From positions 12,224,388-12,288,387 of the forward strand of contig NC_068992.1 of assembly GCF_001194135.2 (NCBI RefSeq): a DNA stretch of 64,000 bases, given 5' to 3'. The notes under the pieces were generated by a model. That model did no database searches, had not been told where the DNA came from, and saw only the letters and a program-made list of their open reading frames with translations. This document shows, in pieces, positions 52,049-64,000 of the stretch. How positions within the stretch are numbered: position 1 is the first letter of the stretch; every line of letters starts with the position of its first letter. The DNA is from Octopus bimaculoides (taxonomy: Eukaryota). The position numbers and the translations under genes were made by a program.

Positions 52049-53629
52049 GGCATTCTTATTTTTATCCATATATATGTATTTATACTTACATTTACGTATG
52101 TGCGTGTGTGCGTGTTTTTTTTTCGTGTGGGGAACTACATAATTATAAATTATATAATTATAAATGTATTTAGTATTGTTACACAATAGCCATCAAAATA
52201 ACAGTAGTGAGGCATCTTTTGAAATAACGCCGTTATTTTTTCTATTTCTTTAAATGTGTTTTCCTTTGTCCGTTGTGTGTGCTCTATTCCTCGTATATAT
52301 AACGTTTTCCAAAGATATACATTTCATATATGGATTCGAAGATTTTACAGTGTTGTACTATATTAAGCTTTCATGTATCTGGTTATTTGTCGTGCTTATG
52401 CAGCATGTCATACAGTTGAGTACTTGTTCCCGTTGGGTGGAGCTCTTCCAAAAACTAAACAATATTATGCGTGTGAGAATATGTATGTGTGTGAGTGTCT
52501 ATATGTGTGAGAGTAGATAACTTAAGATCTTTATCATTTTAATTGTATATTCCGAAAGAAACTATTTCTAGCCATAAATGACCTTTTACATATTTTCTTT
52601 TTTAATTCTAGTGAATATTCTTACCAGTGATAGTTTGGATTTCTTTTATTCTCTCGATGTTGCCAATATTATCTCAGATATTCTCTCGTCATCTTGGCAA
52701 ACATATGAATATTTCACCATCGCTAGCACATGTTAGAGAAAAAAAAAAGAAATAAAAACAATGCAAAATATAGAAATATACATAAATAAAAGGCATCGAC
52801 GACAGAAAAGAAAAAAAGTTAATGTTAGTGGCTGAAGTGGTTGGATATATGAAAATATTCAAAGAAGAAAATATGAAAACATAAATAGTGAAAGACCGAA
52901 CAACAACGGAAAAAGAATAGATAAAGAAAAAAAAAATGAAAAAAATGAAGAAAGATGGTGAAGAAAGAAAGGAGGCAGAAAGAACGGTTGAAAATGAAGA
53001 GATGAAAGGAATAACGATGGAATTGAAATAAGCATATGCCGAATAAATTTGATGAAACTAGGGATTTCATATTGCTTCCAGTAACATGGCTTACGCCAGA
53101 ACAAAAGGAGTAAAAATTGGTATCGATAGAGCTCGGATTGAATCATAAAAACTACTTGTTATTCTAGAAATCTAGTTGATGCCAGGCGAATTATCAACAG
53201 AAAGAAAAGAAAGATGTCTGCAAGAAGTAGTGATCATTTGCTAATGTTATGTTACTTGAACATGCTGTTGTACACAGAAATTAAAGTAGATACACTTCTC
53301 TCGAAAAGTTTCTTTTCATGTTTGTTTTATTTACTGTGGCCTATTTATTACCTGAACTCAAACATTCATTGTAATGTTTATACATCTACGATGTTATATG
53401 CTATATTTACCAACACTTTTGACCGGATTTCATGCGTCATTTTTAACGTGTTCTTACGTGTCTAACTCTGTGTGAATGTGTGTGTGTGTTACACAACGTA
53501 TCATTAATTCGAACGCTTTCAAATTACCTTATATTCGAATTTCTAGCATATTTAAATACATGGTTATTCTCCAAGGAACAATAATAATATTTGCAATTAC
53601 TTTTTCTCAGAATTAGACTGTACGCGTTA

Positions 53630-53822
53630 AGGTGACGAGCTGACAGAATCGTTAGAACGCCGGTCAAAATGCTTCGCGGCATATCGTCCGTCTTTACGTC
53701 TGAAGCTTTCATCCTTTCAGGGTCAATAAATTAAGTATCAGTTGGATACTAAGGTCGATGTAATAATCTAACCCACCACCTCGAAATTCCTGGTCTCTCT
53801 TCCAGAATTCGAAATCCATTAT
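53630..53822 (+). mobile_element. SINE family C, with the B-box region deleted
   Basis: AAGGTGACGAGCTGACAGAATCGTTAGAACGCCGG...GCTTTCATCCTTTCAGGGTCAATAAATTAAGTATCAG. Confidence 0.85.
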
Positions 53823-55911
53823 ACTGTACGCGATTTTTACCTTAAACTTGTTCGTTTATTTCACCATTTAATTGACATCAGTTAAGCTACCATTTCTAAC
53901 AGAATCTTATTAAGTGATACAGGTTACCATTCGCAACGAACATTCTGTGTTCATTCTGGCAACTGAGTTCAATGTGAAAGATAAATGACATAATCTAAAC
54001 TATATCTAAAACGTACTGTTTGATATTCTTCATTTTAACTTGGGCTTCTTGCAATGGGTGTGTTCTTTGATGTATTTCCTGGATTTTATTTATGGAAACA
54101 TTTAAACTCCTTCTTCCATCGATGTTTTCAAACAGTGATCGAATTTATACATAATTACAGTTATAGTTTTGTCAAAGGTTCAGAACTACTTTCTACTCTG
54201 AATCTTTAATGATTATTAATATCATTGCTTCTTTACGTCTTCTCTCTTACTTTCAAATTCTGGTCAGATCTAAGGTAAATATACATATAAGATACGAAAA
54301 CTGGAACACATATGAATGTATATGTACAGGTACGTATATATGTGTATATATATGCATGCATGTGTGTGTGTGACTGCAAATATAAATGTATACATACACA
54401 CGAATGCACATATATTTATATTTCAAAACATCCTTCCTCATGCTAACATACAATTAAAACTTCATATGATAACATGAAACTCTAACGTTCTCCCTAATAT
54501 TTTAATCATCAGTGCTGTTTTCCTCACAGACGGTGCTCAGCGGACTCTACTATGCAGTGTAGTTGATAAAATATAAAAACAAACTGCAGTAAAACAATTT
54601 GATTTGGCCACAACGGGAGCTTACAATGTCTAATATGATTAAGTAGGAGGTCATTCTTATAGTTTTTTCTTTCCCTTGGCGTTGTTCGTTTTTGCAGTCG
54701 TTCGTTAGGTTTCAAATATATTTCGCTCTTTCTTTTATATACTTTTTTGTCTATGGTACGACAGGAATTCCCAAATAAGGAAACATATATACACTATAAA
54801 GCATTACATCTTCAATATATATATATATANNNNNNNNNNNNNNNNNNNNNNNNNNNNNNNNNNNNNNNNNNNNNNNNNNNNNNNNNNNNNNNNNNNNNNN
54901 NNNNNNNNNNNNNNNNNNNNNNNNNNNNNNNNNNNNNNNNNNNNNNNNNNNNNNNNNNNNNNNNNNNNNNNNNNNNNNNNNNNNNNNNNNNNNNNNNNNN
55001 NNNNNNNNNNNNNNNNNNNNNNNNNNNNNNNNNNNNNNNNNNNNNNNNNNNNNNNNNNNNNNNNNNNNNNNNNNNNNNNNNNNNNNNNNNNNNNNNNNNN
55101 NNNNNNNNNNNNNNNNNNNNNNNNNNNNNNNNNNNNNNNNNNNNNNNNNNNNNNNNNNNNNNNNNNNNNNNNNNNNNNNNNNNNNNNNNNNNNNNNNNNN
55201 NNNNNNNNNNNNNNNNNNNNNNNNNNNNNNNNNNNNNNNNNNNNNNNNNNNNNNNNNNNNNNNNNNNNNNNNNNNNNNNNNNNNNNNNNNNNNNNNNNNN
55301 NNNNNNNNNNNNNNNNNNNNNNNNNNNNNNNNNNNNNNNNNNNNNNNNNNNNNNNNNNNNNNNNNNNNNNNNNNNNNNNNNNNNNNNNNNNNNATATATA
55401 TATATATAATATATGTATATATGCTTATATGTATACTGATTGAAAGAAGGTGGGGGAATGCTTTATAGCCATAGTTCAAAATGAAATTATCGCATGAATA
55501 TATCGAAACCTACATGTAATTGCATATTGCTGATGCCATAGTGAATATCTTTTGATCCTAATGGAATAATTCGGAAACGAAAAAAAAAACATAGATCAAT
55601 ATGACGGCACTTTTTATATGTGTATATCACTAAATTGATATTTATGTTCACCTCAACAAATGTAAAATGAAGATATATATCTATGTATTTCCATAAATAT
55701 GCATGGATGTACACACACACACCCAGACACACACATACATGTAGGCACAGACGCACATGCACATACGCACATGCACATACGCACACACACACAAACACAC
55801 AAAAAAAATATATGTCATATTTATACGTATATATGTAGATATATATGCGTATTTATACATATATAGACATAGATATACATATATATGTTTGTATGTATAT
55901 ACATATGTAAA

Positions 55912-55952
<41 letters not shown>

Positions 55953-56249
55953 ATATATATATATATATNNNNNNNNNNNNNNNNNNNNNNNNNNNNNNNN
56001 NNNNNNNNNNNNNNNNNNNNNNNNNNNNNNNNNNNNNNNNNNNNNNNNNNNNNNNNNNNNNNNNNNNNNNNNNNNNNNNNNNNNNNNNNNNNNNNNNNNN
56101 NNNNNNNNNNNNNNNNNNNNNNNNNNNNNNNNNNNNNNNNNNNNNNNNNNNNNNNNNNNNNNNNNNNNNNNNNNNNNNNNNNNNNNNNNNNNNNNNNNNN
56201 NNNNNNNNNNNNNNNNNNNNNNNNNNNNNNNNNNNNNNNNNNNNNNNNN

Positions 56250-56314
<65 letters not shown>

Positions 56315-56319
56315 TTTAC

Positions 56320-56735
56320 ATATACTTCTGGAAGATCCTTGAAGGACTTGTCCCAAATTTGACATCGAGAGTTACACAAATACTAGAACTGGGCGCCACT
56401 GCATAGCGCCAAGGTCTCCAAATTTGCCATTCAGATGTGTGACAAGATACTGCAATTGCCTGGGTTTGAGAGGTCCACAGCTCTTCAATATCCTCCCGAA
56501 GGACCTCAGAGACCTGCATGGGTGTAGGTGTCTTCAATATAAAGATGGACGTCTTACTATCATGTGTCCCAGATGAACCAACTTCGCGGCAGGAGGTGCG
56601 TATGAAGGCAACTGCATGAAACTCCATCATGCACCAAATGTCAATTCCTAAAAAGCATTCGTGAAGTTAAATTATGTAGTAACACCAAATAGCGTTGCCC
56701 CAGCATGGCCACAGCTCGTAAGCTGAAACTAGATA
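56320..56735 (+). mobile_element. CR1-like LINE, ORF2 C-terminus plus 3' UTR (relic)
   Basis: IYFWKILEGLVPN, then with frameshifts RYCNCLGLRGPQLFNILPKDLRDLHG and VPDEPTSRQEV. The tail is GCGTTGCCCCAGCATGGCCACAGCTCGTAAGCTGAAACTAG. Confidence 0.88.
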
Positions 56736-57331
56736 TAATTTGAAATATGTAATTATGCTTCGTAAAGAATTCATAGAAAGTTGGTTCTCAACCTCTCCGT
56801 GTGAGACTAAATAAATCCAGGCGTTGTTCTGGAAGAGTCATCCAAACAATCATTATCATCATTGCTAAAGTTTAGGATCTACATATGGCACCACCAACTA
56901 TATAACTGGGGCGGAGTCGGATGAGTCCATTTTGACATCAACACCATAAACTCTCGATCCTCCTTCTTGTATATTTTGCCTGGAAGACGGGAACAATTCT
57001 CTTAGCCTCCACCTCGTCCTTAGTGAAGCTCGTAATTTTCCTAGGAAAGTTAAGCACTTTATACAGTTAGAACCGGAGACAAGCGGGATTGTAGTTGCCT
57101 TTGTGAAACTGTATGATCGATGTTCTCTTTTAGTTATCGTTATCATTCCTACCCATTGTGGACTTAATTTAGTGGTAGGATTCTACCTATTTCTTTACGT
57201 CGGGAATAACGATGTTCAATAGCATTTACTGATTCATATAAGATTTCAAGGGACGAATTCATTAAATGGTTGTTTTAGTATAAGGCCACTTGTTAATGAT
57301 GATGATGACGGTGATGATGATGATGATGATG

Positions 57332-57390
<59 letters not shown>

Positions 57391-58499
57391 AATTCATTAA
57401 TCCAATTTGCATCGAATATTATTTTATCGATTACAATAAGATTTTTAAGATAACAGTGACGGCTTTTCTGTCTTCAGAGTTGTGTCCTGTTATCCACTGA
57501 ATGTTCTGCAACTAGTGTACATACCTTAGCTCTCTTAGTGAAGTGAGTAATATCCGTCTTGTTGTATCCTTATGCATTTCGTTTTACACACGCCTATGCC
57601 TATCATGTAGATATTCCCAGGTTTCTGGAAAATGCATTTTGTTTCAGCCTTTATTGTTTTCATACTATGTTCTTTACACTGATTTGTATATACCAGAATA
57701 TAGCTGGGATTTTTTTTTCATTCTACAACACCCTTTTGTGATTTATGCATATAGAGCACTTTATCTATTAACATTTAAAAATCCTTGCATAACTTCCACT
57801 ATATGTAAGTCCCAATTCTGTAATGCATGGAGAAGTAATATTTCTTTGCTAAAACTGTACAGATAGAGACAACGTGTTAAATTTTCTATTGCCTCATCTT
57901 CAAGTGTTCCACAAATATTTAATGTATTCTGCTTCGTTACACGCGATTAATGTTTCCAGGTATGAAGACTTTGGGGATTACTTGATTACAGCATGACCCC
58001 AGTCTCTAATTAGGGTCTTGTCAGTGCTTGCAACATTCACTCAGTTTAGAAATTAACATTTAACCCTGTTCGCAACTTCCGTTGTGAATACAGATTTTTT
58101 TTCTTTAACTGAACAGGCATTGCTTTGTATTAGTTTGCTCCCTGGAAGGTAGAAAATAATTTCATTTTTTGTTCTGTTAGTGCTTTGTAGCATGCATTAT
58201 TAATCCATTATTTTTATTGATCAGTTCGACGATCAAACAATAAATGGTTTTAAGGGTTTAGGATTCTGCTTAAAGGCATGTACACACACACACACATGCA
58301 CATATGCACGCACGTACAAACACACGCAAAAGACATACACTCGCACGTACACACATACATATGTATGCGGTATGTATACTGCATACATACATATATGTAT
58401 CTATATGCATATATATATCTGTTTATATATATATATAGATATAGTTATATTTAAACACATATATACATACATATATACATTTGTGTGTGCATGTGTGTG

Positions 58500-58588
<89 letters not shown>

Positions 58589-58884
58589 GACACTTTGATC
58601 TTTGCCTAAAGCCTCGTCCAGTTTAGAAATTTATCACAATCGATTGTCTTCCATCTATTCCTCTCCTACTTATTAATCGCAGGTACAACTTGTATTCAGA
58701 AGAGTACATGTTGCTAAGTAAATCGTAATTGAGCGCAACTTGATCCTCGTTTCAATCATTTCTTTATAAAGATGCGATCACTTTCAGTATGAATTGTAAA
58801 TATTATGAACAGTTATCGCTCAAATGATTAATTTAGGGCGGTAGGTTTAACTTACTTTATTCTGCTTATCGTTATTCTTTTGTT

Positions 58885-59030
58885 GTTACAGCCATTAGAA
58901 GTGGCCATTCTGGGCACCACCATGAAGAAGTTTACTTGAGCTAATCGACCCAAGATTATAGTTTTGAAGCCTGGTACATACCCTATCGGTCTTTTGCCGA
59001 ACCGCTATGTTATGGTGATGGAAAGACCAA
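58885..59030 (-). mobile_element. SINE family A, diverged 3' fragment
   Basis: GGCCATTCTGGGCACCACC...AATCGACCC...ATCGGTCTTTTGCCGAACCGCTATGTTATGG. Confidence 0.7.
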
Positions 59031-59832
59031 TTTACCAAGATGAGGAGTGCTGAAAATTTCTTGGCTTTAGGGAAGAAAATAATACAGGAGGATAAGTTAT
59101 TGCAGTTGTACTTTAGTTTTTCTAAACCCTATAAAGAACTCAGGAGGGTGGGTCTTCAAGCAGGCTTTCACGTTATACTTAAGGTCAGGAACTTTCCAAC
59201 ATCACCTGATACTTGTATACACATATATTTAGACAATTTTATGTTCTCCAAAATAGAGAAAAAGAAAAGTTCTAGCAGCAGTTATGAATATGAACTGTCG
59301 AGATGGCAATATATTTGCTTCAGTAATTTATTAAATACACATAGGAATATAATATCTTAAGCCAGCAAATACAGAAACTGTCTTTCATTTTAAACTAGGG
59401 CACGATTTCTGAAACTATACGCTCCAACGTTTCGCTACGCCCACCATAACGATCTCATTAACGTACAATCTTCATATCAAGGCAAGATTCCAAGTTGAAA
59501 ATATTGGATAAGCTGTATGGCCTTGATTCCTCTAAGACTGTTTAATTGCATATTATGTAAATATCTATCATATTATCTTCTTCAATGTCTAAATGCGGGT
59601 CGTCATTTCCTAGACAAAGACAATTATAGTTCAATTTAGTTAGTGGTATTTATTCGGCACTCGTCATTATAATAGCATTGTATCCGGTCAAAAAGCGTAC
59701 TTTTATCTGTTTACGTGTACATGTCCCCATATATATATATATAAATATATATATTATACACACACGCACACACACACACAAGCACGCACAAACACTCACA
59801 CACACACACCCACACACACACACACACACACG

Positions 59833-59873
<41 letters not shown>

Positions 59874-60364
59874 ATATGGAAACAAGTTGTTCTTTCCTAG
59901 GAACAAATTTTATCCAAACGCGCACTTTAACTCTATATCGATTAACGATATTGGAAATTCTACATATGTATATGTACTTGCGTTTATCGTTGGTTTTTCG
60001 ATATTAGTACCTTAGAAATTCGAAATTCCACTTGTCGCTATAGATGTTTCCATGGTTTTCGATATATGAGAAAAAATGTTAACAATATAAATAGAGTAGA
60101 AAGTACATACATAGGATAACCAATTTCTTCAATATAATCGTCAATTTATATTGCCTACGCGACGTTTCAGTAAATTGCTTCAAACTATATTTATGAAGTT
60201 GATAACAGCAAAAACCTTTCTAAGGGCAAATCGACTGAAATATTTCGCATCCTAACAGATGGAGAGTTTCTTTCGACTGAATTGTAGCATGTGCGTTTTG
60301 CATTGTGTTCTGTATATATTTATACAAACCCACACTTAACACACAAATATATGTCTGTCATACC

Positions 60365-60404
60365 GGCCATGACGAAGTGAAATAGCCCTGAAACTCGAGT
60401 CGCC
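60365..60404 (+). ncRNA. Minimal type I hammerhead-like motif with a palindromic helix III
   Basis: GGC-C(A)TGACGA-AG-TGAAATAGCC-CT-GAAA-CTCGAG-TC-GCC. Helix I is GGC/GCC, the cleavage triplet is GUC, ACTCGAGT is a palindrome, and there is one extra A in the core. Confidence 0.5.
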
Positions 60405-60939
60405 TTTATATACTTATATTTATATATTTGATCCTTTATATTGAACACTCAATATTTCATCTACATTCAATACTTTATTTCATGGTGTCATCCATTTTTA
60501 TTTTATTTTATTTTATATTATATATTGTATATTATATTATATATTGTATATTATATTATATATTGTATATTCCATATTCTATACCCCACATTGGTTCTGC
60601 AGGAATATAAATAAAACATAAAAATATAAATAAAACATAAAAAACAGACAGTGTTGGAACTCTTTTAAACACAATAATATATTCCTCNNNNNNNNNNNNN
60701 NNNNNNNNNNNNNNNNNNNNNNNNNNNNNNNNNNNNNNNNNNNNNNNNNNNNNNNNNNNNNNNNNNNNNNNNNNNNNNNNNNNNNNNNNNNNNNNNNNNN
60801 NNNNNNNNNNNNNNNNNNNNNNNNNNNNNNNNNNNNNNNNNNNNNNNNNNNNNNNNNNNNNNNNNNNNNNNNNNNNNNNNNNNNNNNNNNNNNNNNNNNN
60901 NNNNNNNNNNNNNNNNNNNNNNNNNNNNNNNNNNNNNNN

Positions 60940-61021
<82 letters not shown>

Positions 61022-61377
61022 CATATATACATAGGATATATAATACAAGTGTATTATATACATAAATGTAGATATGATATAACAGGCATGTATATGTTCT
61101 TCAATTAGAAGTAGTGTTCATGCAGGATAAATTCATGCCCACGGATACTTGAATGCATGCATACACACACACACATACAAACATACATACATACATACGT
61201 GCATATTCTTATACATATACATATGTACATACATACCTATGGGGGTGGAAGGCTTTAAACACTGATATAACTATTCTGCTTTAGTGAACTGAGGAAATGA
61301 TTTGGCCTATTTCGTAAGAATCTGTCAAATGTTTTGTTAAGAGGCCAATTTACTAAATATTTACTACAACCACGCTT

Positions 61378-61431
61378 CTACTACTACTACTACGACGACG
61401 ACGACGACGACGATTACTACTACTACTACTG

Positions 61432-61467
<36 letters not shown>

Positions 61468-61510
61468 ATAATAATAATAATAATAATAATGAAAATAATA
61501 ATAATAATTA
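61378..61510. repeat. Compound (CTA)n(CGA)n(CTA)n(ATA)n trinucleotide repeat
   Basis: Directly visible. Confidence 0.9.
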
Positions 61511-61817
61511 GGAGAGGGAGGAGTGGGAGGAAGAAGAGGAGGAGAGAGTATTGAGAGTAGAGAAAAACAGAAAACCGAAGAAAGAAGTACCAAAAGAACA
61601 TGAAGAAGAACCTCGCTACAAGGGACTACATGATCATTTCCGTATAGACACAATATTAATTGCTGAAAAGAAAAAAAAAAGACAGTTGAGAATGGCCGAT
61701 GAAAGGTATCCTAACAAAAGAGGCCGAGAGCACTATTCTGACAGCACAAGACCAAGGCTGTGACCACGGAGTGGATGGTCAACCTTAAGACGAAGGATGA
61801 GGCGGGGAGGCAATTTT

Positions 61818-62061
61818 TGTGTTGGCACTCCGTCGCTTACGACGTCGAGAGTTCCAGTTGATCCGATCAACGAAACAGCCTGCTCGTGGGGCGCAATGGC
61901 CCAGAGGTTAGGGCAGCGGACTCGCGGTCATAGGATCGCGGTTTCGATTCCCAGAGCGAATGGTGTGAGTGTTTATTGAGCGAAAACACCTAAAGTTCCA
62001 CGAGGCTCCGGCAGGGGATGGTGGCAAACCCTGCTTTACTCTCTCACCACAACTTTCTCTC
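61818..62061. mobile_element. SINE family B with an internal inversion (tail on -, head on +)
   Basis: 61818-61888 is the 3' end on the minus strand. It is joined directly to the extreme 5' head on the plus strand (61889-62061), which runs into a gap. Confidence 0.9.
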
Positions 62062-62385
62062 NNNNNNNNNNNNNNNNNNNNNNNNNNNNNNNNNNNNNNN
62101 NNNNNNNNNNNNNNNNNNNNNNNNNNNNNNNNNNNNNNNNNNNNNNNNNNNNNNNNNNNNNNNNNNNNNNNNNNNNNNNNNNNNNNNNNNNNNNNNNNNN
62201 NNNNNNNNNNNNNNNNNNNNNNNNNNNNNNNNNNNNNNNNNNNNNNNNNNNNNNNNNNNNNNNNNNNNNNNNNNNNNNNNAATGAAATGATAATGTAATT
62301 ATTTAAAAAAGAAAACATTTAAGTATACACTGTATACAATGAAAAGAACAGGAAATATAATGACAATAATAATAATAATAATAAT

Positions 62386-62462
<77 letters not shown>

Positions 62463-64000
62463 TAATAATAATAATAACAACAACTATTGTTATTATTTTT
62501 CGTGATTATTATTATTTGAAATAAGGATGATTTATTTTTTTAATTATAAGAATTAATAGTAATAGTAATTTTAATAAGTAATTGAAATAGAACAACCTTG
62601 CCATATATTTGGTCTCGCTAATTCTGCCTGAAAATTGCGAAGAATCTCTCCATTCAAATGCAGTAATGGAGATTTGGCATTTACTTCAACCGAGTTTAGA
62701 GACTATATTGAGAAACTATTTGGGTGGCTCGATTGTAATCATGTAATATATAAACATTGTTTCGTTTTCCTCGCAATATACACACATGATTATTATTGAA
62801 GATTCAGCGGCTATTCGTGCATTTTAGCTAGATTTAGTTTCCCTAGAAATAAATTAACGAGGAATAAATATATTTCATGAAGAAACGCTAGCTTAAACGA
62901 AGTTCTCGTCAAGAATTACTGCCAGATAGATGTAATAAAGTAATGTAGATTTAAATTAACTGTTTTAAAAACACAATGAAATCCTTATATCGTAATTGAA
63001 CAGAGGAACTCATTACACATATAAGATTGAAATCTATTAGAGTACGAATAAGTAGGAATATTGGATTCAAGCTAAACCAGAGTGTATACACTAAGCCATA
63101 TAGATTTAAACAATAATTTATTTCTAATCAGTATAACACAACTGGATACACGTGTTACTGACTAATAGTTCAAAGAGATAAATTGTAAACCGGTAGTACG
63201 GTCGGCTGGATGGCTGTTTGGTCGCGATCAACATTGCAAGGGGAACAACTTGTGGGTGAATAATCGACATTAAAAATCCGTCATTATAACTGTCAAGAAA
63301 TGAAGAAGCATTATTCTATTTAATATAAACTTAGAGTGCAAAGTCTATGAAACGAATTATCTTCATAGTCATAAAGTTCTCGTTTATAAACGAAACGAAT
63401 ATTAAATATGTAATTCATAGTTAATAACAAAATATACGTTCCTGTGAAAATGAGAAAATTTATATTGTGATTTCCATAAATTCGATATAATAAATGAACT
63501 CAACCAAGTGTACAGACATGGAACAGATATATAGATATTTACATCTAAATCTCTCTCTATATATATGTATATAGACTCGTTTGTATATACTACGTACGCA
63601 TGCATGTATATATATAGTGTAACCACTATGTAATGTGCGTATGTATGTATGTATATATGCAAAAATGTACAAATATATTTATGTATATATGTACGTCTAT
63701 TTATACAGGCATCTTGTTTCAATAAGGCAACTTCCTAAAATGTTAAGTTCTTACAACATATAATATAAACTTATATTCGAATATAACTTTTCCTTTCTGA
63801 CATTAAAATCGTCTCCTATATAGAATCATTAGATTATTTGAAGCTATTGATTCAATTAATATTAATGTTACATACTTCATATATTCAAAGCTTAATCTAT
63901 GTTTGAGACGAAATTAATCAATTAAAAATTGTCTGTATGTTTATTGTCGTATTTATTTATGTTCCTCTTGTTCCTAGTAAAGTTTAGAGTTCGATTGTGT

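Noticed and set aside
59415-59455. GCGTAGC-GAAACGTT hammerhead-like half on the minus strand
   Set aside because: The CUGAnGA core and helix I are absent.

Overview
This is AT-rich, repeat-saturated, non-coding eukaryotic DNA from a gappy short-read assembly with many N-runs, most of them flanked by microsatellites. The repeat families suggest an octopus (cephalopod) genome; that is inferred from family resemblance, not from a search. I could not identify any intact protein-coding gene, rRNA, tRNA gene or CRISPR array. The long ORFs in the track come from N-gaps and simple repeats. The window holds about 25 copies of four tRNA-derived SINE families (working labels A-D) and relics of CR1-like LINEs whose 3' tail is shared with SINE A. 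It also holds three relics of R4/Dong-like RLE retrotransposons, two of them meeting tail-to-tail at one (AAT)n tract, and a pogo/Tigger-like MITE. Smaller features are Penelope-type minimal hammerhead-like motifs with degenerate cores, a ~120-bp-arm palindrome, and an interstitial (TTAGGG)5. The best leads are the hammerhead-like motifs, the microsatellite-targeting RLE elements, an apparent twin-priming inversion of a SINE, and a SINE bounded by inverted copies of its own head. A few isolated splice-competent mini-exons are listed as low-confidence leads only. Repeat boundaries are approximate unless stated otherwise.
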